From Nitrososphaerota archaeon (GTDB taxonomy: Archaea; Thermoproteota; Nitrososphaeria_A; Caldarchaeales; Caldarchaeaceae): DNA of 64,000 bases. Of the stretch, positions 47,917 to 56,791 are shown in pieces. A program made the position numbers and the translations under genes. Within the stretch, counting starts at the first letter, position 1, and each line of letters starts with the position of its first letter. The notes below the pieces were generated by a model. The model did not search any database, had not been told where the DNA came from, and saw only the letters and a list, made by a program, of their open reading frames with translations. The DNA is taken from positions 448,001 through 512,000 of the forward strand of contig JBEPYN010000001.1 in assembly GCA_041641305.1 (NCBI GenBank), in the 5' to 3' direction.

Positions 47917-49110
47917 ATGGACATGAGCACGAACTTTTTCGGCGAGAGAACCGTTTTGATGATTCCTGGTCCAACGGAGCTTCATCCGGCTGTCCAGCGT
48001 GTGCTCAACTCGCCTATTATGGCGCATTACGGTCCCGAGTGGGCTCCCATCTACAACGAAACCCTCAAGCTCGCGGCCTCCATCTTCAAGACAAAGCAGG
48101 AGGTTTTCATGATGCCGACACCCGGCACAGTTGCTTTAGAGACGGGTGTGGTTAGCCTGGTTGAGCCTGGTGAGAAGGTTGCGGCGGTTGTCAATGGGTT
48201 TTTCAGCGAAAGGCTAGCCGAAATAGCGTCTTTAACAGGAGCGGAGACCATAAAGGTGACGGCTGAGCTGGGCAAGGTCGTCGACCCCAACGAGCTTGAC
48301 AACGTGCTGAGCAAAAACAAAGATGTGAAGGCTGTTCTCGCTGTCCAAAACGAGACGTCAACGGGTGTGTTGAACCCTATTCCCGAGTACGCCAAAGTTG
48401 CTAAGCAGCATGACGCTCTCGTCATCGTGGACGCTATCTCATCCTACGGCGGAGTTGAGATGGAGTTCGACAGCTGGGATATCGACTTCTGCGTGGGATA
48501 TGCCAACAAGTGTCTCGGCAGCATCCCCGGCACAGTCCCAGTGGCCGTAAGCGAGAAGGGCTGGGAAACCTTTAGGAGGAGAAAAAAACAGCCAAGGTCC
48601 TTTTTCACCAACCTCGGCGTCTGGCGACACTATATCGACGAATGGGCTCCAATCGGTCACCCCTATCCCACAACCATAAGTCCCCACGCAGTTCTGTGCT
48701 TCAAAGCCGCCGCAGAGGCCCTGCTTCAAGAGGGGCTGGAAAACCGTTACAGACGCCACCGGCTTGTGTCTGCAGCTTTTAGAAAAGCTGTAAGAGCCAT
48801 GGGCCTCGAAACACTGCCCGACGAAAGAGACGCATCACCCGTGGTTACCGCAGTCGCCCTACCATCATCACTCTGGAAAGACGGTGGAAAAGTCGGCCAA
48901 ATAATGCTGCAGAAACACCGCATCATGATAGGCGGAGGACTCGCACAACTACATAACAAAATAATCCGCATAGGACACATGTGCGTAACGGCGAGCAGCA
49001 GATACATCGTACCAACCCTGGCAGCACTTAGAGACACCTTCCAACAACTCGGCTACAGCCTAAACGACGGCGTAGAACCCTTCATGAATAATTTGAAGGA
49101 TGCAAGCTAA
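47917..49110 (+). CDS. Class V PLP aminotransferase (serine-pyruvate/alanine-glyoxylate family)
   Basis: LMIPGPT, NETSTGV, IVDAISSYGG, ANKCLG, IRIGHM. Confidence 0.9.
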   Translation: MDMSTNFFGERTVLMIPGPTELHPAVQRVLNSPIMAHYGPEWAPIYNETLKLAASIFKTKQEVFMMPTPGTVALETGVVSLVEPGEKVAAVVNGFFSERLAEIASLTGAETIKVTAELGKVVDPNELDNVLSKNKDVKAVLAVQNETSTGVLNPIPEYAKVAKQHDALVIVDAISSYGGVEMEFDSWDIDFCVGYANKCLGSIPGTVPVAVSEKGWETFRRRKKQPRSFFTNLGVWRHYIDEWAPIGHPYPTTISPHAVLCFKAAAEALLQEGLENRYRRHRLVSAAFRKAVRAMGLETLPDERDASPVVTAVALPSSLWKDGGKVGQIMLQKHRIMIGGGLAQLHNKIIRIGHMCVTASSRYIVPTLAALRDTFQQLGYSLNDGVEPFMNNLKDAS

Positions 49111-49141
49111 GCCTTAAATCAGTCAAAGCACCATCAATTGT

Positions 49142-49786
49142 ATGCCACTACTTAGTGAGAGAGACCGGAAAGCTGTTAGAGGCAGGCTCGAGAGTAATCT
49201 TGTTACCCCTGTCACGATGCGGGTTTTCACTCAGGAGTTTGAGTGCCAGTACTGCGCAGACCTTCGTACATTGGCTGAGGAGCTTGTCGAGATTGGTAAT
49301 GGGAAGCTTAGGCTTGAGGTTTATGATTTTGAGCGTGATGCAGATAAGGCCTCTGTATGGGGTGTGGACAAGATTCCAGCGCTGCTTCTACATGGTGCTA
49401 AGGAATACAAGGTTAGGTACTTTGGGCTGCCTGCGGGCTACGAGTTCGCGGCCCTTCTTGACGACATCATAGACGTGAGCAAGGGAGCCTCGCGTCTTTC
49501 GCCCAGCGTCAGGTCCAAGGTTAAGGAAATCAACAAACCTGTCCACATACAGGTCTTCGTCACACCCACTTGCCCATATTGTCCACGGGCTGTCCGGACA
49601 GCACATCAAATGGCGATAGAAAATGAGCTTATTACGGCTGACATGGTGGAGGCGATCGAGTTTCCGCATCTCGCCAACAAATACGACGTCATGGCCGTGC
49701 CCAAAGTCGTTATAAACGATAAAGTATCCTTCGAAGGGGCGTTGCCCGATACACATTTTCTCGAGCATGTTTTGATGGCTATTTGA
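49142..49786 (+). CDS. Protein disulfide oxidoreductase (PDO)
   Basis: CQYC and CPYC, GLPAGYEF, VMAVPK. Confidence 0.92.
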   Translation: MPLLSERDRKAVRGRLESNLVTPVTMRVFTQEFECQYCADLRTLAEELVEIGNGKLRLEVYDFERDADKASVWGVDKIPALLLHGAKEYKVRYFGLPAGYEFAALLDDIIDVSKGASRLSPSVRSKVKEINKPVHIQVFVTPTCPYCPRAVRTAHQMAIENELITADMVEAIEFPHLANKYDVMAVPKVVINDKVSFEGALPDTHFLEHVLMAI

Positions 49787-49803
49787 TGGAAAATCGTTAA
49801 AGC

Positions 49804-50736
49804 TTGGCTTGGCCGGTCTTCACCGGCTTGAAGGCTGTCTGGATGGATGGTGAGCTTGTTCCCTGGGAGCAGGCTAAGGTCCATGTGACCGTCAACGCTC
49901 TACACTATGGTACGGCTGTCTTCGAAGGCATAAGGGGCTACAGCCAAAACGAGGAGGTCTATGTTTTCCGTCTCCGAGACCATCTAAAAAGACTTGTTGA
50001 ATCCGCGAAAATAGTCATGTTCAACAACCCCTACACCGTTGAGCAGCTACAAGACGCGGTTATCAAAACCATAAGGGCCAACGGATACCGGTCAAACATC
50101 TACATCCGGCCGATAATTTACGCAGGTGAAAACATCATGTCGCTCAACGCAAGAGATCTGCCGATAAGAGTGTCGGTCATAGTTTTTCCGCTCGACAAGT
50201 TTTTCGGGAAAACTGGTTTGCGTGTGTGTGTTTCGTCTTGGCGAAGGCTTCCCGACACCTCTATGCCGCCGCGGGCGAAGGCCGCCGCCAATTATCTAAA
50301 CTCAATTCTTGCATCCACCGAGGCCAAGATGATGGGCTATGACGAGGCGCTGCTGCTTGACCACCAAGGCTACGTAAGCGAGGGAGCGGGTGAGAACCTT
50401 TTCCTCGTCAAAAACGGTGTTTTGGCGACCCCACCTACCTCTTCATCAATTCTCGAAGGAATAACGCGGGACACGGTGATAAAAATCGCCACTGACCAGG
50501 GCTTCAGGGTTGTTGAGCGGCCTATTTCGCGGACGGAGCTTTACACAGCCGATGAGCTGTTTTTCACGGGGACGGCGGCTGAAATAACTCCAATAGTGGA
50601 GGTTGATGGCAGGAAAATCGGCGACGGAGCAGCAGGCCTTATCACTAGCAGACTGAGCAAGCTCTACGAAAACATAGTTAGAGGCCTTGAGCCGCGTTAC
50701 AGAGAATGGCTCACACCGGTGTATGGTTCCCAGTAG
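49804..50736 (+). CDS. ilvE: Branched-chain amino acid aminotransferase
   Basis: LHYGTAVFEGIR, AKAAANY, EGAGENLF, LEGITR, GTAAEITP. Confidence 0.95.
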   Translation: MAWPVFTGLKAVWMDGELVPWEQAKVHVTVNALHYGTAVFEGIRGYSQNEEVYVFRLRDHLKRLVESAKIVMFNNPYTVEQLQDAVIKTIRANGYRSNIYIRPIIYAGENIMSLNARDLPIRVSVIVFPLDKFFGKTGLRVCVSSWRRLPDTSMPPRAKAAANYLNSILASTEAKMMGYDEALLLDHQGYVSEGAGENLFLVKNGVLATPPTSSSILEGITRDTVIKIATDQGFRVVERPISRTELYTADELFFTGTAAEITPIVEVDGRKIGDGAAGLITSRLSKLYENIVRGLEPRYREWLTPVYGSQ

Positions 50737-50748
50737 GGGTGGTTTGGG

Positions 50749-51072
50749 TTGAAATGTGATGTCTGCGGCGAGTCTGTGCCATATTTGTTGTTGAGGCTGG
50801 ATAAGCCGCGTTGCTCCAAGGGTCACGAGCTGGGTGTATGGGTCGCGTGCGGGAACCCCGAGGAGAGCCATGTCTATCTCTGGAAAGAAGGTATGAAATG
50901 CCCCTACTGCGGTGACGAAAAACATCAGCCCATGTCTCGAGGCGTTAAGGTCAGATGCCTAAACGTGGGTCCGAGCGGTCCATGCAACTATCCCTACTAC
51001 ACCTGGCTCGAAGACGGGCCACCCTGCCACATGAACCACCTGAGCAAAATAGCGGTGGTGAAAAACGCATAG
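50749..51072 (+). CDS. Cys/His-rich multi-zinc-ribbon hypothetical protein
   Basis: CDVC..CSKGH..C..H..CPYC..C..C..CHMNH; in tandem between ilvE and sua5. Confidence 0.7.
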   Translation: MKCDVCGESVPYLLLRLDKPRCSKGHELGVWVACGNPEESHVYLWKEGMKCPYCGDEKHQPMSRGVKVRCLNVGPSGPCNYPYYTWLEDGPPCHMNHLSKIAVVKNA

Positions 51073-51079
51073 ACACCCT

Positions 51080-51676
51080 TTGCTTGCGGCCGTAAACGCC
51101 GCGGCAGAGGCCATAAAACGCGGTGGCGTGATAATTTACCCGACTGATACGGTTTACGGTATTGGCTGCGACCCCTTCAACCTCGACGCAGTACAACGGG
51201 TTATCGATGCTAAGAAGCGGGAGAAGAAGCCCGCCCCGGTTCTGGTAAGCGACCTGGACCAGCTTAACGAGGTTGCTGAGCCGACTGAGGAGGAGCTGGA
51301 GGCCGCTATTCGTCTCTGGCCCGGGGCTGTAACAATCGTGATGGCTAAGAGACCTGAACTGCCTGATCTGGTCACGGCGGGTGAGAAAACAGTAGGGGTG
51401 AGGATGCCCGCACACATGGTTCCTCTCATGATTATGCAGAAGACCCGCAGACCCTTGGTTGGCACGAGCGCCAACATATCCGGAGAACCGGCGGCAACAA
51501 CCGTGGACCAAATACCCTCAAGCGTCCTCGAGAGTGTGGACGTTGTCGTAGACGCTGGCAAAACACCTCATCAACTACCGTCGACCGTTGTGAGAATTCA
51601 GCGAGGTGATGTTATTGTTTTGCGTGAGGGCGCGGTGTCCCGCGAAGAGATTATGCGGAGGATTGGGCTTAGATGA
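51080..51676 (+). CDS. sua5: L-threonylcarbamoyladenylate synthase (YrdC/TsaC domain, short Sua5)
   Basis: YPTDTVYGIGC, KKR, WPGAVT, TSANISG, PSTVV. Confidence 0.92.
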   Translation: MLAAVNAAAEAIKRGGVIIYPTDTVYGIGCDPFNLDAVQRVIDAKKREKKPAPVLVSDLDQLNEVAEPTEEELEAAIRLWPGAVTIVMAKRPELPDLVTAGEKTVGVRMPAHMVPLMIMQKTRRPLVGTSANISGEPAATTVDQIPSSVLESVDVVVDAGKTPHQLPSTVVRIQRGDVIVLREGAVSREEIMRRIGLR

Positions 51677-52211
51677 GGGTTGAGGCTATTTTCTGCATTA
51701 TTGCGAGCTTGAGTGCTTCGGTGCTTGTTTTCGCTTGGACGGATTTGTAAATTTTGTCGCTAATTCCGTAGAGTTCAGCGAACCGTGTTGGGTTAGGGTT
51801 TTTCGGCAAATCTATCTCACCGCCCTCAGCAAGAGACAGAACCGTCGCCGCCTTCTCCTTAACCTGTTCCAGAGAACCTCCCAGCACAAGAAAAACCGCC
51901 CTATCGCATCCGGGGTTAAGCCCAACCTTCTCGATGGCTTCGCTGATTTGTGTGGTCGCGGCAAGCCGTATCAACACCTCATTGGACAGAGTGCGCGCCC
52001 TCTGTCGGCCAGCCCGTATGGCCAAGACCGCGTTCACGAGAGCAGCGTCGAAAACGTCCCAGTCAAGTACAGAGTCTGCGTCAAAGACCTGCGCATCATC
52101 CACGCTGCCACGCACCCTCTCCACAAAATCTTGGACAGCTTTGTCACGCAGCCTAACGACGCCGGCGGCGAAAAACAAATCCAAAACTTTTCCCACCCTC
52201 ATCTCAGCCAC
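51669..52211 (-). CDS. cgi121: KEOPS complex subunit Cgi121
   Basis: QVFDAD, RARTLSNEVLIRLAATTQISEAIEKVG. Confidence 0.8.
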   Translation of the reverse strand: MAEMRVGKVLDLFFAAGVVRLRDKAVQDFVERVRGSVDDAQVFDADSVLDWDVFDAALVNAVLAIRAGRQRARTLSNEVLIRLAATTQISEAIEKVGLNPGCDRAVFLVLGGSLEQVKEKAATVLSLAEGGEIDLPKNPNPTRFAELYGISDKIYKSVQAKTSTEALKLAIMQKIASTLI

Positions 52212-52473
52212 CGTGGATGGAGGGTATCACCGTAACCACATCATCCTCGTCAACCACTGTGTCCAGCCAAGTTAGATACCGCACGTCAATACCGTTAACC
52301 AGTATAAGCAGCCCAGGCTGAGGCCGCCCAGCCTCATCCATAATCATCCGCCGAACCTCCTCACCAAACATCATAAAAACATCCCTCAACCGAATCGGCT
52401 CCTTCAACTCCATTTCGACGTACCTCTTCCCCACCACCGCCCTCAGAGGACCCAGCAACTCAACCCTCAACAC
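52204..52473 (-). CDS. MoaD/ThiS-like ubiquitin-like protein (SAMP)
   Basis: LRVELLGPLR, ILVNGIDV, C-terminal IPSIHGG; start trimmed from ORF track. Confidence 0.88.
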   Translation of the reverse strand: MLRVELLGPLRAVVGKRYVEMELKEPIRLRDVFMMFGEEVRRMIMDEAGRPQPGLLILVNGIDVRYLTWLDTVVDEDDVVTVIPSIHGG

Positions 52474-52545
52474 AGACCACTCAAGCAACGCTGTAAAAAA
52501 CTTATCAGAAGAAAATTTTTTAGATATTCCTCCAAACTCAAGGCC

Positions 52546-53049
52546 GTGAAGGTTCCGGAAGAACGTTTGAAGATATTCTTCGAGATGGAGGAAAAATTCA
52601 GGCAGAAAGATGCAGAATATTTCAGGACTCTGCTGAAGAGCGATGACTTCGTTATCCGCGCACGGGCCACATGTATTTTGGCTGAGATAGGTGGCAGAGA
52701 CTATATACCGGATCTCGCAGAGGTTCTGCTTCACGATGACAACCCCATTGTACGTCACGAGGCGGCGTACAGTCTTGGGCAGCTTGGCTACCGCGAAGCT
52801 ATTCCCTACCTAGTCGAATCCATGAAAAAAGACCTGCATCCCATAGTCCGCCATGAGTCAGCCATAGCCCTTGGGGTAATAGGTAGAACAGACCCTGTCC
52901 CAGACCTGCTCGAGGCTTTGAAGGACGCGGCTCCCGAGGTGGTGGACTCTGCCATCATAGCGCTGAGCAACATAGAGTTCTGCAGAAGGCTTTTCACACA
53001 ACCAGTGGGCGATGAGGCGGCGGAGTTCGCCCGCAAAACAGGAGGCTGA
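52546..53049 (+). CDS. HEAT-repeat protein resembling one half of deoxyhypusine hydroxylase
   Basis: IVRHEAAYSLGQ...IVRHESAIALGVIG...EVVDSAIIAL; HEAT fold confident, function inferred. Confidence 0.75.
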   Translation: MKVPEERLKIFFEMEEKFRQKDAEYFRTLLKSDDFVIRARATCILAEIGGRDYIPDLAEVLLHDDNPIVRHEAAYSLGQLGYREAIPYLVESMKKDLHPIVRHESAIALGVIGRTDPVPDLLEALKDAAPEVVDSAIIALSNIEFCRRLFTQPVGDEAAEFARKTGG

Positions 53050-53088
53050 AAAACGGGAGGATATATTAAGGTCGTATAGACGGTATAT

Positions 53089-53559
53089 GTGATGAGGTAT
53101 TCCCGTGTTGAAAAAGAATTTACCTTCAAGCTGAACGGTGAAGAGGTGAGGATTAGGGCGCCGCCGGGGTACACTCTTCTCGAGGTCCTGCGCCATGTTC
53201 TTCATTTGACAGGTACAAAGGATGGATGCAGCAGCGGCGACTGCGGAGCATGCACAGTATTGCTGGATGGCCGCGCTGTACATAGTTGTTTGACTCTTAT
53301 TTCTCAGGTTGAGGGGAGGGAGGTGACAACTGTCGAGGCTATTGATGAAAAGGTTGCGGAGGCCTATGCTCGGCATGGGGCGGTGCAGTGCGGATACTGT
53401 ACACCCGGGTTTGTGGTGGCCACGGCGTCTTTGCTAAACAAGATTCATAACCCTTCTACATCGGAAATAAGGGAGTGGCTGAGGGGCAACCTCTGCAGAT
53501 GCACCGGCTACGTCAAGATCGTGAAGGCTGTCGAGTCGCTGGCCGGTGAAGGCGGTTGA
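53089..53559 (+). CDS. Molybdenum hydroxylase small 2x[2Fe-2S] subunit (CoxS/XdhC-like)
   Basis: GTKDGCSSGDCGACTV, QCGYCTPG, NLCRCTGY. Confidence 0.95.
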   Translation: MMRYSRVEKEFTFKLNGEEVRIRAPPGYTLLEVLRHVLHLTGTKDGCSSGDCGACTVLLDGRAVHSCLTLISQVEGREVTTVEAIDEKVAEAYARHGAVQCGYCTPGFVVATASLLNKIHNPSTSEIREWLRGNLCRCTGYVKIVKAVESLAGEGG

Positions 53560-54428
53560 AATCCCTCAGCTACATCGAAGTCTTCACACCTAGGAACCTC
53601 GAGGAGGCGCTGGATCTTCTCGATAAACATAGAGGAGAGTTGGCTGTTTTGGCGGGCGGCACCGACCTCATAATCCAGCTGAGGAAATCCCAGCAACGGG
53701 CACCCAACCTGCTCAACATCTACATGCTCGACGAGCTCAGATACATCAAACTGGAAAACGGGTTAATCAAAATCGGGGCTCTCACAGACTTCGCGACGAT
53801 AACGGAGTCGCCGATTATCCAGAGGCATGCGACGGTTTTGGCCGAGGCGGCGGCCACCATAGGGTCTGTCCAGATACTGAACAAGGCCTCGATAGGAGGA
53901 AACATAGTAAACGCTTCACCTGCCGCAGACTCTCTACCGGCCCTCTACGTTCTCAACGCAACACTAACACTTAGAAGCAAGACGGAGACACGGAAAGTGG
54001 CTATCGAACAGTTCTACAAAGGATACAAGAAGCTCGACCTTCGGAGCGGCGAACTGTTAACAGAGGTCTCCTTCCCAGCCATAAAGCAAAACCAGGTGGG
54101 TATGTTTTTTAAACATGGGCTTAGGCAGGGGGATGCGATATCTGTTGTAAACGGCGCCATACTTCTCGATGTTTTGAACGGCTTTGTCAAAGACGCTAGA
54201 ATAGCGCTTGGAGCTGTTGCGCCGACAGTCGTACGTGCCACGGAATCTGAGAAAATCCTCATCGGCAAACGCCTTGATGAACAGGTTATCCGTGAAGCTT
54301 CACAAGCATGTCTCAGCTCCATTTCGCCGATAGATGATGTGAGAGGTTCCGCGGATTATAGGAAAGAGATGTGTGTCAACTATCTCTACATGACTCTTTG
54401 GCAAATCATGAGGATGGTGAATCCATGA
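53556..54428 (+). CDS. Molybdenum hydroxylase FAD subunit (CoxM/XdhB-like)
   Basis: LAGGTDL, ASIGGNIVNASPAADS, PIDDVRGSADYR. Confidence 0.93.
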   Translation: MKSLSYIEVFTPRNLEEALDLLDKHRGELAVLAGGTDLIIQLRKSQQRAPNLLNIYMLDELRYIKLENGLIKIGALTDFATITESPIIQRHATVLAEAAATIGSVQILNKASIGGNIVNASPAADSLPALYVLNATLTLRSKTETRKVAIEQFYKGYKKLDLRSGELLTEVSFPAIKQNQVGMFFKHGLRQGDAISVVNGAILLDVLNGFVKDARIALGAVAPTVVRATESEKILIGKRLDEQVIREASQACLSSISPIDDVRGSADYRKEMCVNYLYMTLWQIMRMVNP

Positions 54429-56695
54429 ACCAGTCTGCTGCATGGGTTGGTAAAGAGGTTGTGAGGAGAGATGCGTTGGAGAAGGCGCGGGGGCTGACGA
54501 AATATGCCTCCGACATTTTTTTGGACAACATGCTCTGGGTGATGGCGTGTAGAAGCAAGTATCCTCACGCGGCGATAAAGCGGATAGATGTTTCAAACGC
54601 TTTGAGGAGCCCGGGGGTAGTGGCTGTTTTCACGCATCGTGACATACCCAACAACAGGTATGGCGTCTTCGTCAAAGACAGGCCCGTGCTCTGCGACGAT
54701 AGAGTGCGTTACATCGGAGACCCTGTAGCTCTGGTGGCGGCTGAGTCTAAGGAGGAGGCTGAGCAGGCTGTTGAGGAAATTGTTGTGGAGTATGAGCCGC
54801 TGCCGGTTGTCTCGGACCCTTTGGAAGCCATGAAGCCAGATGCATTCCCCATCCATGAAGGTGGAAACGTTTCGCGAAGCACTCGCATATCCTTCGGCAA
54901 CGTGGAGGAGGGTTTCATGGCCTCGAAGGTAGTCGTCGAAAACGAGTACCGCACCGCGCCGCAGATACATATGTTTCTCGAGACGGAGGCGGGCGTCTCC
55001 TACATAGATGAGAAGGGTGTGATAACTGTTGTTGCAGGCGGCCAGTCACCATACAGAGACCATCACGAGATTGTTTCCACGCTTCAGCTTCCCCCCGAGA
55101 AGGTGAGAGTTGTCATCCCCCATGTGGGCGGGGCCTTCGGTGGAAAAGACGATGTCTCGGTCCAGATTTATCTCGCGCTCGTGACTTGGAAAACGGGGAG
55201 ACCGGCCCGCTTCGTCTGGAACAGAGACGAGTCAACCATAGCGGGAACAAAGCGTCACGGCTCAATAGTCAGAATGAAGACAGGTGCTTCGGCGGATGGA
55301 AAACTTCTGGCAAACGACGTAGAAATCATCTACGACACAGGCGCCTACACCGCTCTCGGACACGCTGTCCTCGACGTCGCCATAGAGAACTGCAACGGCC
55401 CCTATAAAATACCTAACATAGACATCAAGGCATGGCTCGTATACACCAACAACATGGTCGCGTCTGCGTTCCGCGGGTTCGGCGCACCGCAGGTGATGTT
55501 CGCGATGGAGCAGCAGGTTGACCAGCTTGCACACGACCTTGGCCTGGACCCGATAGAGTTCAGGCTCCGCAACGCGTTGAGAAAAGGGGATGTTATGGTC
55601 TTCGGCAACAAGCTTGAAACCAGTGTGGGGATAGCGCAGTGTCTCGAAGCGGCGCGAAACCACCCAGTCTGGCGTAACAGAGACACGGTAAAGACTGAGC
55701 CTAGTCTGCCCTGGATTAGGAGAGGCGTAGGCGTTGCGGCTGCGATAAAGGGGTTCACGCTTGGAGCTTTGCCCGACAGGGGGAGCGTGGCTGTCGAGCT
55801 GCGGCTTGACGGAGGCATAACAGTAAAGGGTAGTTTTACAGAGATTGGGCAAGGCGTCATACAGGCAGTTGCTCAGCTGGCCGCCGAGCTCTTCAAAACC
55901 GACATAGAGAATGTGGAAGTTGTCTTTGCAGACACGGGCAAAACACCTGACACGAGCGTGACATCAGCGTCCCGGCAGCTATTTCTCGCAGGAAACGCGT
56001 TGAAAAAGGCGGCCGAGAACATGCTCAACCACATCCGAGAATTTCTGGCATCACAGTATGGACATAAAGTGACAGAGGCCCGGTTCGAGAACGGATGCGT
56101 TGTTGGACCTGGCTTCAGCCACTCGTTTAAGGAGATTGCGCAGATGCTTGAGGAGCATGGCCTCTCTAGAGAGGTTGTGGGTGTGTATGATGTTCCACGG
56201 GTCGAGCCTATTCCAGGTTCTCTTGAGATACCGCATCTATTCTACATGTTCGGCGCAACCCTGGCCCTTGTCGAGGTCAACATCTTGACAGGTGCTGTGA
56301 CCGTGCCCAAGCTCGTCAGCATAGCAGACGTAGGTAAAGTGGTCAACCCTCAGACTTTGACAGGTCAGCTGGAGGGGGCGGCGGCTCAGGGGCTTGGATT
56401 CGCACTCACCGAAGAGCCGAAGATAGACAAAGGCATATTGAAGACCACCAACCTCTCCACCTACCTCATCCCAAGCATAAAAGACGTCAACGAAATAGAC
56501 GTCATCCCGGTTGAGAGCCTCGAGGACGAGGGGCCATTCGGCGCCAAAGGCATAGGCGAGATAGGCATAATCTCAGTAGCACCCGCAATCGCCAACGCCA
56601 TATACGATGCCGTCGGAGTTCGCCCAAAATCTGCGCCCATGACACCTGAGAAGGTTTACTGGCTACTCAAGCAAGCCGGTATAACCGTTAAATAA
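54425..56695 (+). CDS. Molybdenum hydroxylase large subunit (xanthine/aldehyde oxidoreductase type)
   Basis: GGAFGGK, SAFRGFGAPQ, TSASRQ, GAKGIGE; start at ATG overlapping upstream stop. Confidence 0.92.
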   Translation: MNQSAAWVGKEVVRRDALEKARGLTKYASDIFLDNMLWVMACRSKYPHAAIKRIDVSNALRSPGVVAVFTHRDIPNNRYGVFVKDRPVLCDDRVRYIGDPVALVAAESKEEAEQAVEEIVVEYEPLPVVSDPLEAMKPDAFPIHEGGNVSRSTRISFGNVEEGFMASKVVVENEYRTAPQIHMFLETEAGVSYIDEKGVITVVAGGQSPYRDHHEIVSTLQLPPEKVRVVIPHVGGAFGGKDDVSVQIYLALVTWKTGRPARFVWNRDESTIAGTKRHGSIVRMKTGASADGKLLANDVEIIYDTGAYTALGHAVLDVAIENCNGPYKIPNIDIKAWLVYTNNMVASAFRGFGAPQVMFAMEQQVDQLAHDLGLDPIEFRLRNALRKGDVMVFGNKLETSVGIAQCLEAARNHPVWRNRDTVKTEPSLPWIRRGVGVAAAIKGFTLGALPDRGSVAVELRLDGGITVKGSFTEIGQGVIQAVAQLAAELFKTDIENVEVVFADTGKTPDTSVTSASRQLFLAGNALKKAAENMLNHIREFLASQYGHKVTEARFENGCVVGPGFSHSFKEIAQMLEEHGLSREVVGVYDVPRVEPIPGSLEIPHLFYMFGATLALVEVNILTGAVTVPKLVSIADVGKVVNPQTLTGQLEGAAAQGLGFALTEEPKIDKGILKTTNLSTYLIPSIKDVNEIDVIPVESLEDEGPFGAKGIGEIGIISVAPAIANAIYDAVGVRPKSAPMTPEKVYWLLKQAGITVK

Positions 56696-56791
56696 TCGGC
56701 GACCTTTCCGAAGACGTCGAAATTGAACGGAGAAGCTGCGGCGAAGATGTCTGCCTGGTTTTGTGGCTGAGTCTCTGCCGGGGGTGCTTAG

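Noticed and set aside
52474-52758. N-terminal extension of the SAMP ORF in the ORF track
   Set aside because: Overlaps the divergent HEAT gene; the ubiquitin-like fold starts at about 52473
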